Shown here piece after piece: positions 62,361 through 64,000 of a stretch of DNA of 64,000 bases. A program made the translations under genes and the position numbers. The notes beneath the pieces were generated by a model. The model saw only the letters and a program-made list of their open reading frames with translations, did no database searches and was not told the DNA's origin. The stretch spans positions 352,001-416,000 of the forward strand of contig OZ223272.1 in the NCBI GenBank assembly GCA_965140585.1, read 5' to 3'. Within the stretch, counting starts at the first letter, position 1, and the number at the start of each line of letters is the position of its first letter. This stretch comes from Spirochaetia bacterium (GTDB lineage Bacteria; Spirochaetota; Spirochaetia; UBA9216).

Positions 62361-63068
62361 CTATTTAGTAACGTAAACCTCTGAAATGTAACTGCTTTCA
62401 AAGCCACGAATCCCCTTGATCCATTCAAGGAATTTACCGGCTTCCTGCTTTTCGGTGTAAGGTCCGAGCCTGACACGGTAATAACTGCTTCCGTTTACTT
62501 CAGTGGTAGTTATTGTGCAGGTTATACCTTCTTCAAAAAGCCGTTCCTTAACATCGGTAGCCTTTCCAAGTGAAGAAAATGAACCGGCCTGAATCCAGTA
62601 CTCGGTTGTTCTGACAGCCTGTCTCTCTGTTGTCTTCGTTTCGGGAGCCTTAACAGGAGCAGCTGCAGCAGGTGTACTGACAACCGGTCTTGCGGCGACA
62701 GCCTGCTTATCCTGAACAACCTGTGGAAGCTCAAGAGTAATTTCCCTGCTGGCTGCAGTTCCTTCAGAATTTCCTGAGTCTTCAGACCGTGTATTCTCCG
62801 GCATACCGTAAACAAGCTCTTCGGATGTTACAACGAAGTCTTCTGATGCATCCTTGTTTTCTTCAAGATCGGTAAAAACCTCATCCTTTCTGACCCACTC
62901 AACCGGATCAAAACCTGATTTGCCCGCTAAAGATGCATTATTATTGGCGGCACCAGCCCCGGCGGTTGCTCTGTCGTCAGGCAGAAACCAGAAGAATCCG
63001 ATTCCGACAACAACAAGTACCATTACACCAAGCGCAAAAATTATCCACAGGGTTTTTCTATCTTCCAT
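62361..63068 (-). CDS. SPOR-domain protein (FtsN-like architecture)
   Basis: N-terminal TM, low-complexity linker, then YWIQAGSF...A...YYRVRLGPY. Confidence 0.88.
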   Translation of the reverse strand: MEDRKTLWIIFALGVMVLVVVGIGFFWFLPDDRATAGAGAANNNASLAGKSGFDPVEWVRKDEVFTDLEENKDASEDFVVTSEELVYGMPENTRSEDSGNSEGTAASREITLELPQVVQDKQAVAARPVVSTPAAAAPVKAPETKTTERQAVRTTEYWIQAGSFSSLGKATDVKERLFEEGITCTITTTEVNGSSYYRVRLGPYTEKQEAGKFLEWIKGIRGFESSYISEVYVTK

Positions 63069-63666
63069 TTCGTCCCTTCTGTTCTATTTCCTCAAGCAGG
63101 GTTCTGACTTTACTGTCCAGAAGATCAGTTCCGTCAGAATTCCTTATAGTATAAGTATCGACATATTTCCTTAATGGTTGAGCTTTGAGTGAACGCTGTG
63201 ACCAAATTCTTTTAAGTACGGCCGACAGCCCCATATTATCACGCTTAAGGGCCCTGGAGATTCTGATAAGAAGCGGTGCATTAACCCAGATAACTGCCGA
63301 ACACAGTACATGCAGCTTCATATGAAGAAGGATTGCAGCATTGATAATCACATGCTCTATTCCATCAGCCTGATATTCTGATATAAGCTGCTGTGTCTTC
63401 TCGACCATCCACGGATGGCTGATTGATTCAAGCTTTGCGAGCATTGACGGATCAGAGAAAACTACAGCGCCGAGCTTCCGGCGGTTAACACTGCCGTCAG
63501 TATCAATGATATCAGCTCCGAAAGCCTCTACAATTTTTGAGCTGTTTTCAGCAAGGGCCTGATGTCCCAGCTTATCAACATCGATAACAGCAGCGCCTGT
63601 CGCTTCGAGAACTGCAGATACAGCATTTTTCCCAGCGCAGTATTTGCCGGTAAGTCCGATCACCAT
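63058..63666 (-). CDS. coaE: Dephospho-CoA kinase
   Basis: IGLTG...GK, D.D...H, R..LG..VF, LE.I.HP and RD. Follows polA. Confidence 0.92.
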   Translation of the reverse strand: MVIGLTGKYCAGKNAVSAVLEATGAAVIDVDKLGHQALAENSSKIVEAFGADIIDTDGSVNRRKLGAVVFSDPSMLAKLESISHPWMVEKTQQLISEYQADGIEHVIINAAILLHMKLHVLCSAVIWVNAPLLIRISRALKRDNMGLSAVLKRIWSQRSLKAQPLRKYVDTYTIRNSDGTDLLDSKVRTLLEEIEQKGRNGR

Positions 63667-64000
63667 TAATGCATGTCTCCCCAGCAGGCGCCGGTCTCAA
63701 CATTGACCCTCAGCGGAATATCCAGTTTGTAGACCGATTCCATAACTGATTTCACAAGGGTTTCCATCTCGGCAATCTCATCTTCGGGAACCTCAAATAT
63801 GAGTTCATCATGAACCTGAAGCAGCAGTCTGGATTTCAGCTTTCTCTGCTCGAGTTCCTTATCGAGTGCAAGCATTGCCATTTTGACGATATCGGCGGCA
63901 GAGCCCTGGATCGGGGTATTCAGCGCAATTCGCTCAGCACCTGCCCTCTCGGTGGCGTTTCTGCTGTTTATGCCGTGAATAAAGCGTTCATGCCCCATTA
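63666..64000 (-). CDS. polA: DNA polymerase I, C-terminal end (runs off the window)
   Basis: AER.A.N.PIQGSAADI.K.AM and LLQVHDELIFE. Confidence 0.95.
   Translation of the reverse strand, partial: MGHERFIHGINSRNATERAGAERIALNTPIQGSAADIVKMAMLALDKELEQRKLKSRLLLQVHDELIFEVPEDEIAEMETLVKSVMESVYKLDIPLRVNVETGACWGDMH

Overview
Bacterial chromosomal window, most likely from a free-living Spirochaetales member. The evidence is the 16S 5' GCGCGTTTTAAGCATGC signature and the 'FAGGxQ'-type signal peptides on the binding proteins. Left to right it holds an AT-rich 1.8 kb block of three genes, a complete minus-strand rrn operon (16S-tRNA-Ile-23S-5S) with tandem sigma70 promoters, and an L-arabinose cluster (araD, binding protein plus YesM/YesN-type sensor, YtfQRT/YjfF-type ABC transporter, araA, LacI regulator, araB). 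A long mixed accessory region follows: hydrolases, three diguanylate cyclases, a TipA/Mta regulator, a frameshifted pyk, an unannotated E2-acyltransferase relic, a DHH-CBS protein, an orphan kinase, GH2 and an S10 peptidase. Next come tRNA-Cys, a DeoR/orphan-ATPase pair divergent from chvE-mmsAB, xylB, a KamA/HD-Nudix/PhzF/pentapeptide operon, and the polA-coaE-SPOR block at the right edge. I found no integrase, transposase or CRISPR array. The most unusual signal is an 82-nt element just downstream of the 5S gene. It reuses the 5S terminal helix and flanks and folds by eye into a miniature 5S-like Y shape. All calls come from reading the sequence by eye; no database searches were run.
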